A program made the position numbers and the translations under genes. From assembly GCA_034780895.1 (NCBI GenBank), contig JAUZTB010000071.1, positions 4,501,387 through 4,565,386 of the forward strand: a stretch of 64,000 nucleotides of DNA, read 5' to 3'. Under the pieces are notes generated by a model. That model saw only the letters and a list, made by a program, of their open reading frames with translations. It searched no databases and was not told the DNA's origin. Shown in pieces: positions 23,905-37,349 of the stretch. Each line of letters starts with the position of its first letter. The first letter of the stretch is position 1. This DNA comes from Rhynchobatus australiae (Eukaryota).

Positions 23905-24300
23905 CCAGAAATTATCGATTTCTGTTTTGAATAGAGACAATGGCTGAGCCTTCAGAGCCCTCTGGGGTTGTGCATTCCAAAAGTTCATCAACCTCTATAT
24001 GATGCTATGCTCCCTGGACCTAGACTCCTCGGCCAGGTGAAATATCATGGCTGCCTTTAGCCTGTGAAACCCTTTTTGTATGTTTCAATGAGATCTCCTC
24101 TCATTCTTCTGAACTCTAGGCAATACTGTCCCAGTCTAATCGATCTTCCCTTGTACCTGCATCGCTGGAACTGGTCTAGTGAATCCCTACTCCACTCCCT
24201 CTATCCCTCTGTCAGGTAAGTCCTTAGATTGGGAGATCAAAAATATACACAGTACTCCAGGTAGTATCTCACCAAACCATATACAATTGCAGTAAGACTT
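23905..24300 (-). mobile_element. Older CR1 3' fragment (host of the 22076-23900 copy; tail at ~22015-22075)
   Basis: tgtttcaatgagatctcctctcattcttctgaactctag...acacagtactccagg. Confidence 0.7.
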
Positions 24301-24304
24301 TCAT

Positions 24305-25115
24305 CCCCAGGATATTACAAGTTGGGGTTGCAGTAATCTTCAGCTGCTTCATCAGTGACCTTGCATTCATTATTTAAGATGTGGGGATGTTCACTTCACA
24401 ATTGCACCTCATTCAATTTAATTCACAACATCTCAAAAAATGAAGCAGGTAATGTCTACATCAAGACCTTGACAATGTACAGGCATAGGCTGGTAAGTGG
24501 CAAGTAGCATTTTCACCATCATGCCAGACAATAACCATTTCTAATAAGAATTCAACCATCTCAGCTTGACAATCAATAGCATCACTGTCACAAAGTCCTC
24601 CACCATCAATGTTCTGGGAATTGCCATTGACTAGAAACTCATTTGGGCCAGTTATGAGAATTATGTGGCTGTGAGAGCAGGTCAGAGGCTGGGTGTATTC
24701 TACTACTCCAAATCCTTTCCATCATCTACATGATACAAATTTTGGATGCATGCATCTTCAGCAACACTCATTCAAAAAAGCAGTTTGCCATCACCCTAAA
24801 TATTAACTTGTCAACTGGAAAATGATCTGCATTTACTCATCTAGTTTACCACAACTCCACCTCCCAATCCATGAACTCATCTTCCAAGAAAGATGAAGAT
24901 AGTAGGCACATGAGAACCCCACTGCCTGCAGGTTCTCACCAAGCTGCACGACATCTAGACTTGGAAATATATTATCTTTCTACAGTGATGGGTGTACTTT
25001 TGCCAGGAAGATTGAAGTTAAAGATGGTGTTTGACACCATTTTCTCAAGACTGTTCAGGGATGTATAGTAATTGCAGGCTTGAGCAGTGTGCCAACATCC
25101 TGTAAGTGAATTAAA
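24305..25115 (+). mobile_element. CR1/L2-group LINE RT and 3' UTR
   Basis: atcttcagctgcttcatcagtgacct (IFSCFIxDL) and gaccttgacaatgtacaggcataggctggtaagtggcaagta. Same family as 11735-12830. Confidence 0.8.
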
Positions 25116-25249
25116 AATAATGTGAACCATAATCATCTCAAAACTTAATGATGCTCATTCTTTATATTGTTTGAAAAGAAAAAAACTCAGAGCATAGACA
25201 TACAGAATTTGAATTTGCATTTGCTTGTTTGTAAAACACAATGTGTAAA

Positions 25250-25490
25250 ATATAGAAAAGGCATTTCTGAAATAACCTTCATGTTTAACAAAGAAAAATT
25301 GCACTGAGCCACAGATTAAGGAGGTGATTAAAAAGCTAATTGCACTTGGACAAGTTTCAAGTAATCTTTTAAAGGAAATTAGAGAGGCTTAGGAGTGGCT
25401 TAAAGGAGGAAAGAAAGGTTTGGGGTAAACCAGAGCACAAGCCCTAGGTAGCTTAAGATGTCACTATCTGATGGAGAAAAGGTAGTTGGG
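25250..25490 (-). mobile_element. Old L2 3' end
   Basis: actgagccacagattaaggaggtgattaaaaagct...ccagagcacaagccctaggtagcttaag. Confidence 0.5.
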
Positions 25491-26749
25491 AGCGTCCGAT
25501 CTTCAAAGTGGGTTCACTCATCATGTGATACATTACATCATTTTAATAAATAACAATTTTCATGATATTTAAATTCATTCAGGCTTTCCAACAGTATTCG
25601 ACTGATTAATAATTTATTGACAGGCAAAAGGAACAGATAGCGATGGCACCACATTTTTTGCTGTAAAATCATAGCTAGCATTGACTTTGAATATTAACAT
25701 CAGAAATTAAAATATTGATTCTAAATGAATTAAAAGTAGTGGGATATCTTCCTAATTCACTTTCTATAGTGGGGGAGATAGGGTGAAATTGGTCAGAAGT
25801 CAGATCAGAGGTGAAAGTAGGATGGTACAGGGTACTGGTAAGAAAGTGGCCAATGTGATGCTTGCGATATGAACATACTTGTATGCAATTTACATGACTG
25901 TACCAGGAAGAAATTAAGTTACTCAACCCCAGATGAAATCCTAAAATATTTATACATCTAACGTTTTGTAGTTTCAATGCTTTACATTTTATGTACTGTC
26001 AAATCTGCTTTACCTTGTAAAGTGTTGAACATCAACCCAGCATCGGACATTGCATACCTTTCAAAAGTAGGAGTTCTAGCCAATAATTGATCCCATTTTC
26101 TGCTTTGATAGCAACCTCACCCACCCTCAGCTCCATCCCATTTCAGATTGTGGTCTGAAGCATGAAACATAGAATCTTTAAGTGGCTTTAACTTTCACCT
26201 CTACTTTTGCTTTCAGCTCCTCAGCCCCAGCCCTATCACCATCACCACACCCAACCTGCAATACGAAGAGTTTTCCAGAAAATATCGACTATAATGTTAT
26301 GCTCCTGTTTGTAATTCAAGGAATGTAATTAAAAATAGCACAGAATATGCCATATTTTTCAAGTAATTTTAATAAAAAGGTACTCATTGTTCATGACTGC
26401 ATGTGGTTGACCAGATGTTTAAATACCTTGTCAAGTTGAAAAAACATAATATTATGGAAACAATGTTTTAATGCCATTTTAAAATGGCATTTGAGTTGTG
26501 GGATCTCTAATCATACATTTAATTAACTTTAATACAGGGATTTTCTTCATATTGAAGATTGTAATCTAAAGCAACATGAAAAGTAGAATCTTTAAGTGGC
26601 TTTAATTCTCATCTCTATTTTTCCCTTCATGGCCTTGCTGAGTTCATTTTGTCAGTAATACTTGCCTTCCTTTTTAGCTGGCTAGGTTTGTAAATTATTT
26701 TCTGCTCTTCAGGTATTTATTTTCAAAACACTATTGTAAAGTACCCCTT

Positions 26750-27300
26750 GGCTCCTCATCCCTGATAATTGTGTCCATGCAAACTATTGCCCATCCCTAC
26801 CTTCCCTACGTCCATAAACACATTGTCTCCCTATTGTTGGTTCTCTTCCTCTACACAGCCTGTGGTGACGTAATCCACCGATTATAAACTCAGCTACCAA
26901 GTTCACAATAATCCACCCCCTCCCTCTACCATCTGGCTTGACCCCTTCATGGCCAGTTTTTTGGCACCGAGTTGTTGATAAATCGTAGATTCTACCACAT
27001 TAAAAAAGGGAAGACCTAAACTATTGTTTTTTGCCCCTGCTCCCTTTATAAAGTGTGTATCCTGTGACTCGTTCCATCTATTTACATGTCCACTGTCTTG
27101 GCTGAACTGGACAATTGTTTCCCACAACTTCTTTCCCTGTCCATTTTCTCATCATTAGCATATTGCCTTCAGTTATCTGACTGCTTCACTGAAATTCCAT
27201 CATTCCATCTCTATCTGCTTTCCCAATTTTAAGGTCCAACATAAAGCCAACCTTATTGACCAAACTTTTGGTCACCTCTTCTAATACTTCCTTTCCTTCT
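26750..27300 (+). mobile_element. Old L2 fragment
   Basis: Ends in the L2 3' motif attgaccaaacttttggtcacct; pyrimidine-rich RT-like sequence upstream. Confidence 0.5.
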
Positions 27301-28019
27301 TTGATATCCAGTTTTTATTTGGGCTATATTTTAATTTAAAACTGCTGAAAAAAATTTGGAAATTTTCTGCATTGTCACTTGAAGAACCAGTTTAAATCCA
27401 TTTCCTTCATTTTATAAAGAAAAAAATATATCTTGTTGACATGTTGAGCAAAGTGAATTGTCATTTTAATTAGCATTGGATGACTTATTTTTCTTTAAAT
27501 ATGTTGCTCCTTGACACTATAACTTTAAACTTCGAATCTCATTCTTCACATTTCAGTATTCAACTGTTGCATTTTTATCTTGGTCAGTGTAACCTTGGTT
27601 TAGTTAATCCAATATTGGCCCTGACCGATACAGGTAGAGCAGCATAAGATTTACAACTTAAGGAGCAAAAATAATAAACAAGGACTGATGCTTGTTTATT
27701 ATTTTTCATCAAAATAAATGTAGCCACAATGCCAGCATATACTAATAAAACCTGGTTTGGGAGAAACTGCTTTGTCATTAGCAGACTTTTCAGTATTTCA
27801 TTTTTGCTTCTATCATGCCCATTAGGGGGAGTCATTCTGCTTCATAGAGCAAAGACTAAATGGTCAACATCAATTGTTTTGTTGCAAATTCCAGAATAGA
27901 CTTGTTGCTTTCCAAAGTTACGAAAGCAAGATTGATATGTTTTCTTTTTGCATGAAGTTGGCCAATTTCAGAATAATGAAATGTGTATGACGTTGTTAAT
28001 ATATTTACCAAAGTGGAGC

Positions 28020-28378
28020 TTCAGAGGTAAAAGGGGAAAAAAATTGGATCACAAATAGATTTTGGGGATTGGGAGAAGCAAGTGAATATTAGGTAAAGGG
28101 AAATGTGTGTGATAGAGTGGTTTATGGAGTAAATGCTTGAGGATAAGGCTGAAATAGCTGAAGGCATTTCCATCACTAAGGAATGAAGAGGTAGAACACA
28201 CGCAGACCGAAGATGTTGGCTAAAGGGGGGGGGGGGGGATGGAATAATTTGCAGGGTGTGCATATTGTTGTAGGAGGTGGAGCCAAAGGCTATGGCATAT
28301 CTCTGCCCAGTGTTTAGTTGAAATAAACCGTGGCCTATTCAAGAGAGGAACTCGGACAAGCAGAGATTTGCTGAGAGA
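28020..28378 (-). mobile_element. Old L2 3' fragment
   Basis: ggctgaaatagctgaaggca...ggctatggcatatct, as in other L2 3' ends in the window. Confidence 0.45.
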
Positions 28379-29239
28379 AGCATTGGATAGTTTATTTTTC
28401 TTTAAGTATGTTGCTCCTTGGTACAATTAATTTCAATTCGTAGACTTGGTCTCCACATTCTGGGATTCAGCTGTTGCATTGTAATGCAAAATGTCATAGG
28501 GAAGCTATGACACTTTGGATTACAATTTATATATAACAATCTTGTTGACTATTTGAATTAATAATTATAGGACATAACTTTAACATTATCAAAAACAAAG
28601 CGAGGGGTTTGGAGTTTCATGTTGTCAGAAGGTTGTAAGGTTTTGAAATATTCTGACAAAATTTAATTTGACCACCCCAACAGAGACATACCTTTATATA
28701 CAAAGAGGCCTTTTTTAAGAAAAAGCAGTATAATGTATGACAATTCTAATTATTCTGTACACCAAAGTATACAAGTTATAGTATTGTTGGCAGACTACAT
28801 AATAATTTAGTATCATTGAAGTTTGGAGTGAAGGTTAGTTGGGGACCCAGATCTATGCATTGTGTATNNNNNTATGCATTGTGTATTTTTCTGATGCTTT
28901 TTGTTGCTGGCTTAGGTTATTTATATTATGAAATATGTGCACCAATTTTCTTTGATTGAAGCTTAGTTTAGAAAATTAGGGCAGAGTGTCCCCAGAAGTG
29001 CTGATCTTTGCAGTGCAGTGCCCACACAGTTTGAAGTTTCTGAATGTAGCAGAAAGTTAAAAGTTATCTTTTCTATCTATTGTAGTGACAGTGGCTTAAA
29101 ACAATATCTTCCATGAAACCTTCAGGAGGGAGAAATCTTACAATGAAGACTTATGGGCTGAATGACCTGTTGTATTGTTATATTTTGACTCTCCGTTAAT
29201 TATGAGACCTCATGGATGAATGAAGACAAGTTATCCATT

Positions 29240-30360
29240 CGTAGAATGGTTATAGGTCAGAAGGAAGCCATTCAGCCCATGTCCACATTAGCTATCTCTC
29301 AGAGCAACATGTAGATCCAGTCACTTGCCCCATTTGTTGTAGCCTTGCAAATTTTTCTCTATCATGTATTGAAGGCTACAGTGGAACAGCCTTATGCTAT
29401 CCACCCTTTCCAGACCTCTCATTGCTTTATATACTTTCAAGTCTTCCCTCAGTTTTTTCAAAAGGAATAGTTATTGCCTCTCGAACCTATATTTGTAACA
29501 GTCATCCCTCATCCCAGGAACAATTCTCACAAATTTTTGCAGGACCTTCTCGAATACTTCCATGTCCTTCTTATAAAATGATGACCAGAAATGAACACAA
29601 TATGATAGTTGAGGCCAGGCCAATGTTTTACAAAGGTGTAGCATGACTTCTCTGCTTTTGTACTCTGTGCCTCTATTGATAAACCCCAGAATCATGTATG
29701 TCATGTTAACTGCTTTNNNNNNNNNNNATGCCACTTTCAATGATTTGTGCATATACACCTCTAGGTCCCCTTTAGAATAGTATCCTTTTATTCTATATTG
29801 CCTCTCCTCATTCATCTTAACAAAATGTATTACCTCATATTCCTTCACATTAAACTCCTTCTGCCACTCATCTGCCCATTCCACCTTCCTGTTTATATCC
29901 TGCTGTAATCTATCACTCTGATCTTCATAGTTCACAATACTGTTATTTTGTATCGCCTGCAAATTTAGAAATTATGGCTTACATCTGCAAGTCTAACTTG
30001 TTAATGTAATTCAAAAAAGCAATGGATTTAACACGAATCCCTGGGGAATACCACTGTATACTTGGCACCAGTCTAAAAAAACAACTATTCACCACAACCC
30101 TATGTTGTCTTTTACTTAGCCAACTCCGTATCCATGCTAAGCTCAATTTGCCCTCAACAAATCTGTGCTGGCTTGCCTTAATTAGTCCATTGATCCAGAT
30201 CAATGTTTCTAAAAGCCTTTCTGTGACTGAGGTTAAACTAACTGGCCTGTGTTTGCTGGGTTTATCCTTGCTCCTGTTTTTTAACAAGAGGAACCATATC
30301 CAAAGAACATTGGTCAGTTATGGTCAGGGCTGGTGTGACTTCCTCCCATACTTCCCTCAA
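29240..30360 (-). mobile_element. CR1 LINE ORF2 3' portion
   Basis: ORF 29471-29962 LQQDINRKVEWADEWQKEFNV...YCVHFWS; ORF 29979-30287 RPVSLTSV. Confidence 0.88.
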
Positions 30361-30361
30361 A

Positions 30362-31855
30362 ATATAGGAACATAAAGAGAGGGAGTAAGTCACTTGGCCC
30401 CTCAAGCCTGCTCTGCCATTCTTTGTGATCGTAGCTGATCAGACTATAACCTTGGCTCTGCATTCTTACCTACCTCATGTAAACTTATGCCCCTTATTTA
30501 TCAAAGTCTGCCTTAAAAATATTCTGACTCTGCTTCCACCACTGAGGAAGAGAGTTCGAAAGCCACTCGACCCTTAGGAAAACAAAAATCACTTCATCTT
30601 TGTCTTAAATCGGTGACTTCTTATTTTTAAATAATGAATCTTATAATACATTCTACTTCAACACAAAAACATCTCTCCACCCTGTCAAGACTCCTCAGGA
30701 TCTTCTACATTTCATTCAAGTCACTTCTCACTCTTCTAAACTCCAACTCCAACTCCTAGCCTGGCCAACCTTTCCTCAAAATAAGGCTGTCCATTATGTG
30801 TATCAATGTAGGAGACCTTCAATGAACTGCTTGCAACATGTTGACATGCACTTCAAATAAGGAAACAATACTATACTGTACACAGTACTCCAGTTGTGCT
30901 CTTACAAATGCCTTGTATAACTGAAGCATAACCACCATACTTTTGTATTCATTTCCCCTGGTAATAAACAACTATGTTTTGTTAGCTTTCCTAATTACTT
31001 GCTGTACCTGTATACTAGCCTTTTGTGAATCATGCAGCACGACACAAATCCCTCTGCATCTTGGAACTCTTCAATCTCTCACCATTTAGATTTTGTATTT
31101 TATTCCACATTTTCCCCGATCATTGCCAAATCACTTAACCTTTCTATATCTCTTTGATGCCTCCTGTATCCTCTTCACAACTTTATTTCCTACCTGCCTT
31201 TGCATCATCAGCAAATTTAGCAATCGTACCTTTGGGTCTTCATCCAGGTTATTGATATATATTGTAAGAACATACTGTACATTGTAATAACAATCTTGGA
31301 ACCTAAATTTAGCAAACCTTTTCCGAAGCCTTCTCTCACCAAGATTTGGCTACGAATCATTTTAAAATCCAACACTGTACTGCTTTGAAGCACACTAACC
31401 CTGGGGCAGAAGTCACATTTAAATCGTTGAAAGTTTAAGCTTTACTACCAATCCCTGTGGCACACCACCAATTATGACTTGCCAACCAGAAAAAGACCAA
31501 TTTATGTCTGTACTGTTTCATGTTGGCAGCTAATCTTCTATCCACGCTAATGTTATCTTCTACACCATATTACACCTCTTGTGTAATATCCTTTGATGCA
31601 GTATCTTATCAGATGCATTATACAATTCTAAATGCAGTATACCACTGGTTCTTTTTTATGCACAGCACAAATCACTTCTAAGAACGTTAATAAAATGCTC
31701 AAACATGGTTTCCCTTTCAAAAAAACTTGTTCACTTTGACTGATTACCTTGAATTTTTTCTAAGTGCCCTGTAGTGAAGTTTAACTGGCCTGTGGTTTCC
31801 TGCTTTCTGCTTCCATTTTTGAATAGAGAAGTTGCATTTGCTATTCCCAATCTAA
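30362..31855 (-). mobile_element. CR1 LINE 3' portion with a foreign insert at 31268-31450
   Basis: 3' tail ataggaacataaagagagggagtaagtcacttggcccctcaagcctgctctgcc; catcatcagcaaattt (KFADD) at ~31205. Confidence 0.82.
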
Positions 31856-34800
31856 TGAATAAAACAAAATCATACACTTAGAATGTAGTCAATAAATAAG
31901 AGGATGATAAAAGAGATATGAAAAGATTAGGAAATCAAGTCAAATATATATTGTTGAAAGGAGAGGATGAATCTGNNNNNNNNNNNNNNNNNNNNNNNNN
32001 NNNNNNNNNNNNNNNNNNNNNNNNNNNNNNNNNNNNNNNNNNNNNNNNNNNNNNNNNNNNNNNNNNNNNNNNNNNAGGATGAATCTGAAATGGTACAAAT
32101 GATTTATAGTTACTTAGGGTTCTATTAATGTCGCACAGCAGATTTGAGCAGGGCAATGCTGGGCTAAGTATCAAGATTTGTATAATTAAACCCACCCTGT
32201 CTTATAGCCAGCTGCTGCCATTTAACGGTAGCTATTCTCAGGGCATTTGAATGTCCCACAGCTGCTGTGAGAGGTAGGAGGTTCATGAACATATTTAAAT
32301 CAAATGTACATTGAAATCAACTGCTGTGTTTCTGATTTCCTAGGGGTCAGGAAATTGAATTGTGCAAGGAAGGTGTGATAATTTCCCATTTTATCAGAGG
32401 GAGCAGTAGTCAGGAGAAGCAAAGTGAATAAAGATTTTAGTGTGATTGGAAGATTAGGGAGAACTGACAGGAAATTGGAGTTGACACCAAGATCAGATCA
32501 GCCATGTTCTTAATAAATCTCAGAGCAGGCTTGAGAAGTGATATGGCTGCTCTTGTTCCTTTTCATGGTATTAAAGGTTCAGAATCCATTTCCTTGTGGC
32601 TGTTGGTTTTTGAGAGTACATGTTGTGAGAAATTGAGAATTTTGTGGAGAGAATTTTCACTGAGAGCTCATGATTTTCTAGTATCAAGTATAGGATCTAG
32701 TGCAACTATCCCATATTTCTGACTGGTATGGCAGATTGACATAGTTATGGAATATGCATGCATTTAGTACTTGGCAGTGGTTATCTGAATTGACTATTAT
32801 AAATATTTAAAGATTTGTTTGTGGAAATGGTCCTGGTTGTTAAGTTTTCACTTTAAACCAAAGTTTTCCTTTACTTCTCAGGCTAATAGAGAAAGGAAAG
32901 TTGATTCATCTGACAACTGCAGGAAAATATTCAATGACCTTAATGTTTAATAAATAACTAACTGGCAGAAGTATTTCACTGCTTAAATTTCAGTATCCTG
33001 AAACAGATCCTTTTTAAGTATTAAAGTAATGCAGTTGTGCATTAAGGGAATGTAATTGTTTGTTTACAATTGGCCTTTACCTCTACAACACAAATGAATA
33101 TTGAATAACTTGTAAATTAACAACAAAAGCATGTTTTACTTTTTTTAAGGCAAATTTATCTCCTTCCTTGGGTAAAGTTTATTGAGTGTTGGCATAGTGC
33201 ATTTTTTCTAAATGGCCATTATCCATCCACAGTGGATTGAAACTGGTCTGACCTGACGTGTGGAATTAATACAAGGGCAAGATCTTGCTAGATGGCACTC
33301 CGTCCATATCCAGAATAACTTTCCATGGTTCCCACCATGTTGGCACTTGTCTGTATGTAAATGGAGGAGCCATCTTGCTGGCCCTCTGCATCCTGAAGTC
33401 CAGAAGGTGGCGAGGCAGGTGACAGACTTCTGCAACAAAGACAGGAGGCTCTGCCCTAAAATGATATTAACATATTGGATGTAAAAGTTTCAATTAACCT
33501 TAATAGTTTTGTAAATAACTTCAGTATCAAAAGACAAATACAAAAGATTAAAATTGAAATAAATAATTAAACAAAATTGTTTAAAATTACGATAAAGATA
33601 GTTAACTAAAACACATAATTAATATAATAAATAATTTTTTTAAACCACTTACTTTAAAGTAAACATCCCTTTTGCTGCCTCGAAATTGGTGGGGTCTGGG
33701 ATTCTGCGCCAGTTTGATAACAAGATAATGATGAAAATATTTCACTTGTGCATTATCTACACTTAGCAGAGAATTGCAAGAGGGTGCAATGGAACCAGAG
33801 CCAAAATGGATGGTTAAGTAACTAACAAAAATGGCTTTGTGCCAGTAGTGGAATGAGCAGAGAGTTAATTAATTAATTCCATTAAATTTCAAGTAGAAGT
33901 AGATGAAGTTGTAGAACAGGCCATTAACTTCTGTTTTCATCAAATCAGAGTAGAATAAGTCGTGTATTTGGTTGTTGGTGCATTTTAACTTGAATTCTTT
34001 TTAAAGTATGTGATGTTATATTCTCTAAAGATAGACTAGAAGCTTAACATTCCTAAATCAAAAATGCCTGTTGCTGAATGTATTTAATTCCACTGAAACC
34101 AAACTGAGTGCTGACAATTAGAGAAATCCCCCTGAACAACAACTATTGATTCATAGAATCTCACAAATTTCAAACATGAATAATTGCAATTCTTTCAGAT
34201 TATATACAGGAATCAAGGGAATAGCTTAGCTGGTACTATTCTAAGATTACTTTTTTTTCATAGTACAAATTTGCTATTCCTTGAAGGCAGAGAGAGCAAC
34301 TCTTTCTTGGAAATACCAGCTTGGTTCCTTTTTTTAATCACTAAAACACCACTTCACGTAACTTGGCAATAAAATGGCATCAATCCACCAAACTACTACT
34401 TAAGTAATAACCTGGCAATATACCTGCATTTATACCTGGGAGCTGTTTATATATAGTAGCAGGGGAAAAGAAAAAAAATCTATTACAAAGCTCTATATCT
34501 AGATTTAAAAATAGTGCCAGGAAAAGTCACAACCAAGTCAAAATGCGACTTAGAAGTGTTGCAACTTGAAAAATACATCTTGAAAGCAGTGCTATTCTGA
34601 GTTTGCTGTTTTTTTTGGAAAAGATTGGAATAAAGATGGCAGTTCCTAGAGAAAGTAATGGGCTTAGCTCTAATAATTTTATCTTTAAAGTTCCTGGATT
34701 AAATGGAGAAGTATCATAATTATTTATCAGTTTTTAACATTGTATGAATTCATAGTCAAAACATATATTTTGTGTAAAATGCTAACCATACAAAACAATT

Positions 34801-36099
34801 TAAAGTCTTCCAAAACCAGGTACTTTTTACCATTCCATCGTTGAAATATTCCCTGATAGCTGGGAATCAGTTATTCCTTTGCAGTGATGGACAGACAAGA
34901 TAGCTACAAAGGATCAGAGGTTAAAATGGTAATTTCTTTTAAACTGTGTAGAAGCACTGTTAAATTAAGTTCTAAAACTATTATAACTGCAATAAAGAAC
35001 TGAAGCTGCTGAAAAACTCTTATTTTAATTTATTTTTGTTTCTGTATGTAATGTTTTAACTAAGGTGTGGAACTCCAATTTCATTTTGGTGGATAAACAT
35101 AACATTATGTCATAAATACAGATATAGTCTTTAATTTCAGTAAATTTGCCAATTCCATTCACTGCAGGTCATGATTTATTTTTGGAATAATTCACATTTT
35201 TACAACTTCTTATATGTATAAGATTTTAGTATGGATGATGTACATTGTTCTTTTGGCTGAAGTTGGTAAATGAGACTGGCCATGATGAAGAATCAAGGAC
35301 AGTTGAGTAGTTGTGGACAGGAATGTAGAGCTGGATGAAAGCCAGTGACTTAGCTAGGCCTCTAGGAATTTGGAAGTGAGTCTAATTATGGACAGACGTA
35401 GAGCCTAGGATGTAATGGGTGGTGATGTTGGAGCGTGGAAAGAGTGTGTTCACACAGCATTTAAAATAGTAATGTCTGGAGGGCTTGCCCTAAGAGTTTG
35501 GTGAAGCAATATTTCATATGAGCACCGAACTGATGGCGAAATGTCAATGGGTGTAGCTGAGGTTGTAAACTGATTGAAGATCCCGGGTTGATTTGGGTAG
35601 GCCATTTACTGAATGACTCAGTAAAATGATAGGAAATTCTGCATCATAACTTGCTTATGTTTGGTGATTTTGCAGGAGGTGGGTGCTGGGGGTGGTGTCT
35701 GTACACTTAATGAACAAAAAAGAAACAATAGAATTCAACCTTGTTTATTCCTGTTTTATTCTTGTAAAAAATGCTTTCATATAAACAATGATAACATTGC
35801 TGTGGGAGCTGGTTTGGCTGAGTTACTAAACCTAACGTGAAACTTAAATGAATTAACATACCATCTATTGTTGATACAAACTGTGTATAACTTAGATAAG
35901 TCCCTTGAATTCAAGCATATTATTTTGAGTCCTGCATTGGCTCCATTATAATGCTGCTACAAAGCAATGTTTAAAGTCTTCCCCTGAATTGCCTCTGACC
36001 ATTTCAAAATTAATTTAAAACTAATGATCCCTGCCTAGGAAGGGTGGGTGGACAGTTGTCATTAACAGGGAGCATAATCATAACATAATAAGAATTGGG

Positions 36100-36670
36100 T
36101 GAAGGAATTGCAGCATCTGGACCTCTGTGCTTGCTCTGCCATTTATCAAGAACAGAGATGATCTTCTGCCTCAGCAGACAGTGTGTGCATGGTGAATTGT
36201 CAACGTTGCATGCCAGGTGCCTGATGATACCCAAGTTGGTTTTAGGGATTCACGTTGTAGCTTATGGGGATTTCATTCTGGAAATGTTCAGTTACTTTAA
36301 TCACTTTGAGAAAATGTTAATAGTCAATGTCGGACTATCAGGCAGCTCACAGGACACCTACACATTGCACTGTTGAGCCAGTGCACCAACTAGTTGCTAC
36401 TTGGGGTGAAATGCTATCTGCTGAACCTCTAGTCCTTGACTCCAGTGAGGGTTCCATGCACAAGTGCATAATTTTCTCATTGTGAAAGTCTTGCAGTCAT
36501 GCTCAGTTACTGGAGCAGTGGTACTCCTGATTTGTTCTGCAAATCTACTTCAATGAACTGCATAAACATTTCTTAATCTGTGATGGCTTGCTACAATGTG
36601 AGCAGCAAAGCAATTCTGTACATGAAACTTCACCATTACCTGAGGAGGAATAGGAGGTGGCAGCACTGAC
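36100..36670 (+). pseudogene. Fossil PIF/Harbinger DDE transposase (HARBI1-like)
   Basis: Collinear frameshifted motifs: IHVVA, GFHSGNVQL (36268-36294), VNVGLSGSSQDTYTL (~36323-36367), LLLGVKCYLL..LTPVRVP (from 36394). Compare family motifs THVAI, GFHSLNVQL, VxARxPGSxHDxxIL and WLLGDxGYPL..WLMTP. Confidence 0.7.
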
Positions 36671-36969
36671 GGAGGTCCTCGCTGCTGTACTACCAGGAAG
36701 AAACTTGGTACCTTCTGACTCCAGTGAGGAGAAACCTAAGCATACATTTGAAGCAGTCTCTACACCCACAGATATGGACAACATTCAAGCTTGAGCTGAT
36801 AAATACAAATTAACATTTACATTGCACAAAGGAGAGGCAATGAGCATTTCCAACAGGAGTCTAAACGCCTCCTTTGACATTTAGTAGCATTGCATGGTTT
36901 ATTGTGTATATGTGGGTAGAGGAAGCATTACTAACAGTGATTGAGAAACAAGTATAACCAATCCATTTC

Positions 36970-37070
36970 AAAGTAAAAGCAGAAAATTCCAGAATTACTC
37001 AGCAAGTCAAGAAGCATCTGTGGAGAGAGAAAAGTGGAACCAATGTGGGCCAGTGACCCTTCACAGAGCC
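36970..37070 (-). mobile_element. Penelope pseudo-LTR fragment
   Basis: cagaaaattccagaattactcagcaagtcaagaagcatctgtggagagagaa...gacccttca. Confidence 0.65.
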
Positions 37071-37074
37071 AACT

Positions 37075-37345
37075 CTCAGAACAAAGGATAAGCCATTTTA
37101 AAGCAGATGAGGAGAGATTTGTTTACCTGGAGAGTGGTGAATCTTTGGAATTTTTTTATCCTAGAAGGCCAAAGAGGTTTGCTTATTGAGTTCATTCAAA
37201 ACAGGTCAATTGATTGCTGAATATGAAAGGAATTGTGGGATCTAGGGATGGTGCTGGTAATTATTAAAGAAGATCATCCATGATGTTGAATGGAAAAGTG
37301 GGCTCAAACAGCCAGCTAGTCTACCCCTGCTTCTAATTCTTACAT
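37075..37345 (+). mobile_element. CR1 3' end
   Basis: gagtggtgaatctttggaa...catgatgttgaatgg...ctacccctgcttctaattctta. Confidence 0.7.
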
Positions 37346-37349
37346 CCTT

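Noticed and set aside
24211-24225. Perfect donor cag|gtaagt
   Set aside because: Lies within an antisense CR1 fragment with no supporting acceptor or ORF.
25726-25744. 19 bp match tgaattaaaagtagtggga to the reverse complement of ~57936-57954
   Set aside because: Short, AT-rich, 32 kb apart and does not extend; compatible with chance or an old repeat.
33273-35495. Possible Harbinger TIR pair (gggcaagatcttgc... / ...gggcttgccc-taa)
   Set aside because: Only about 7 bp match, no matching TSD, and it does not enclose the transposase relic.
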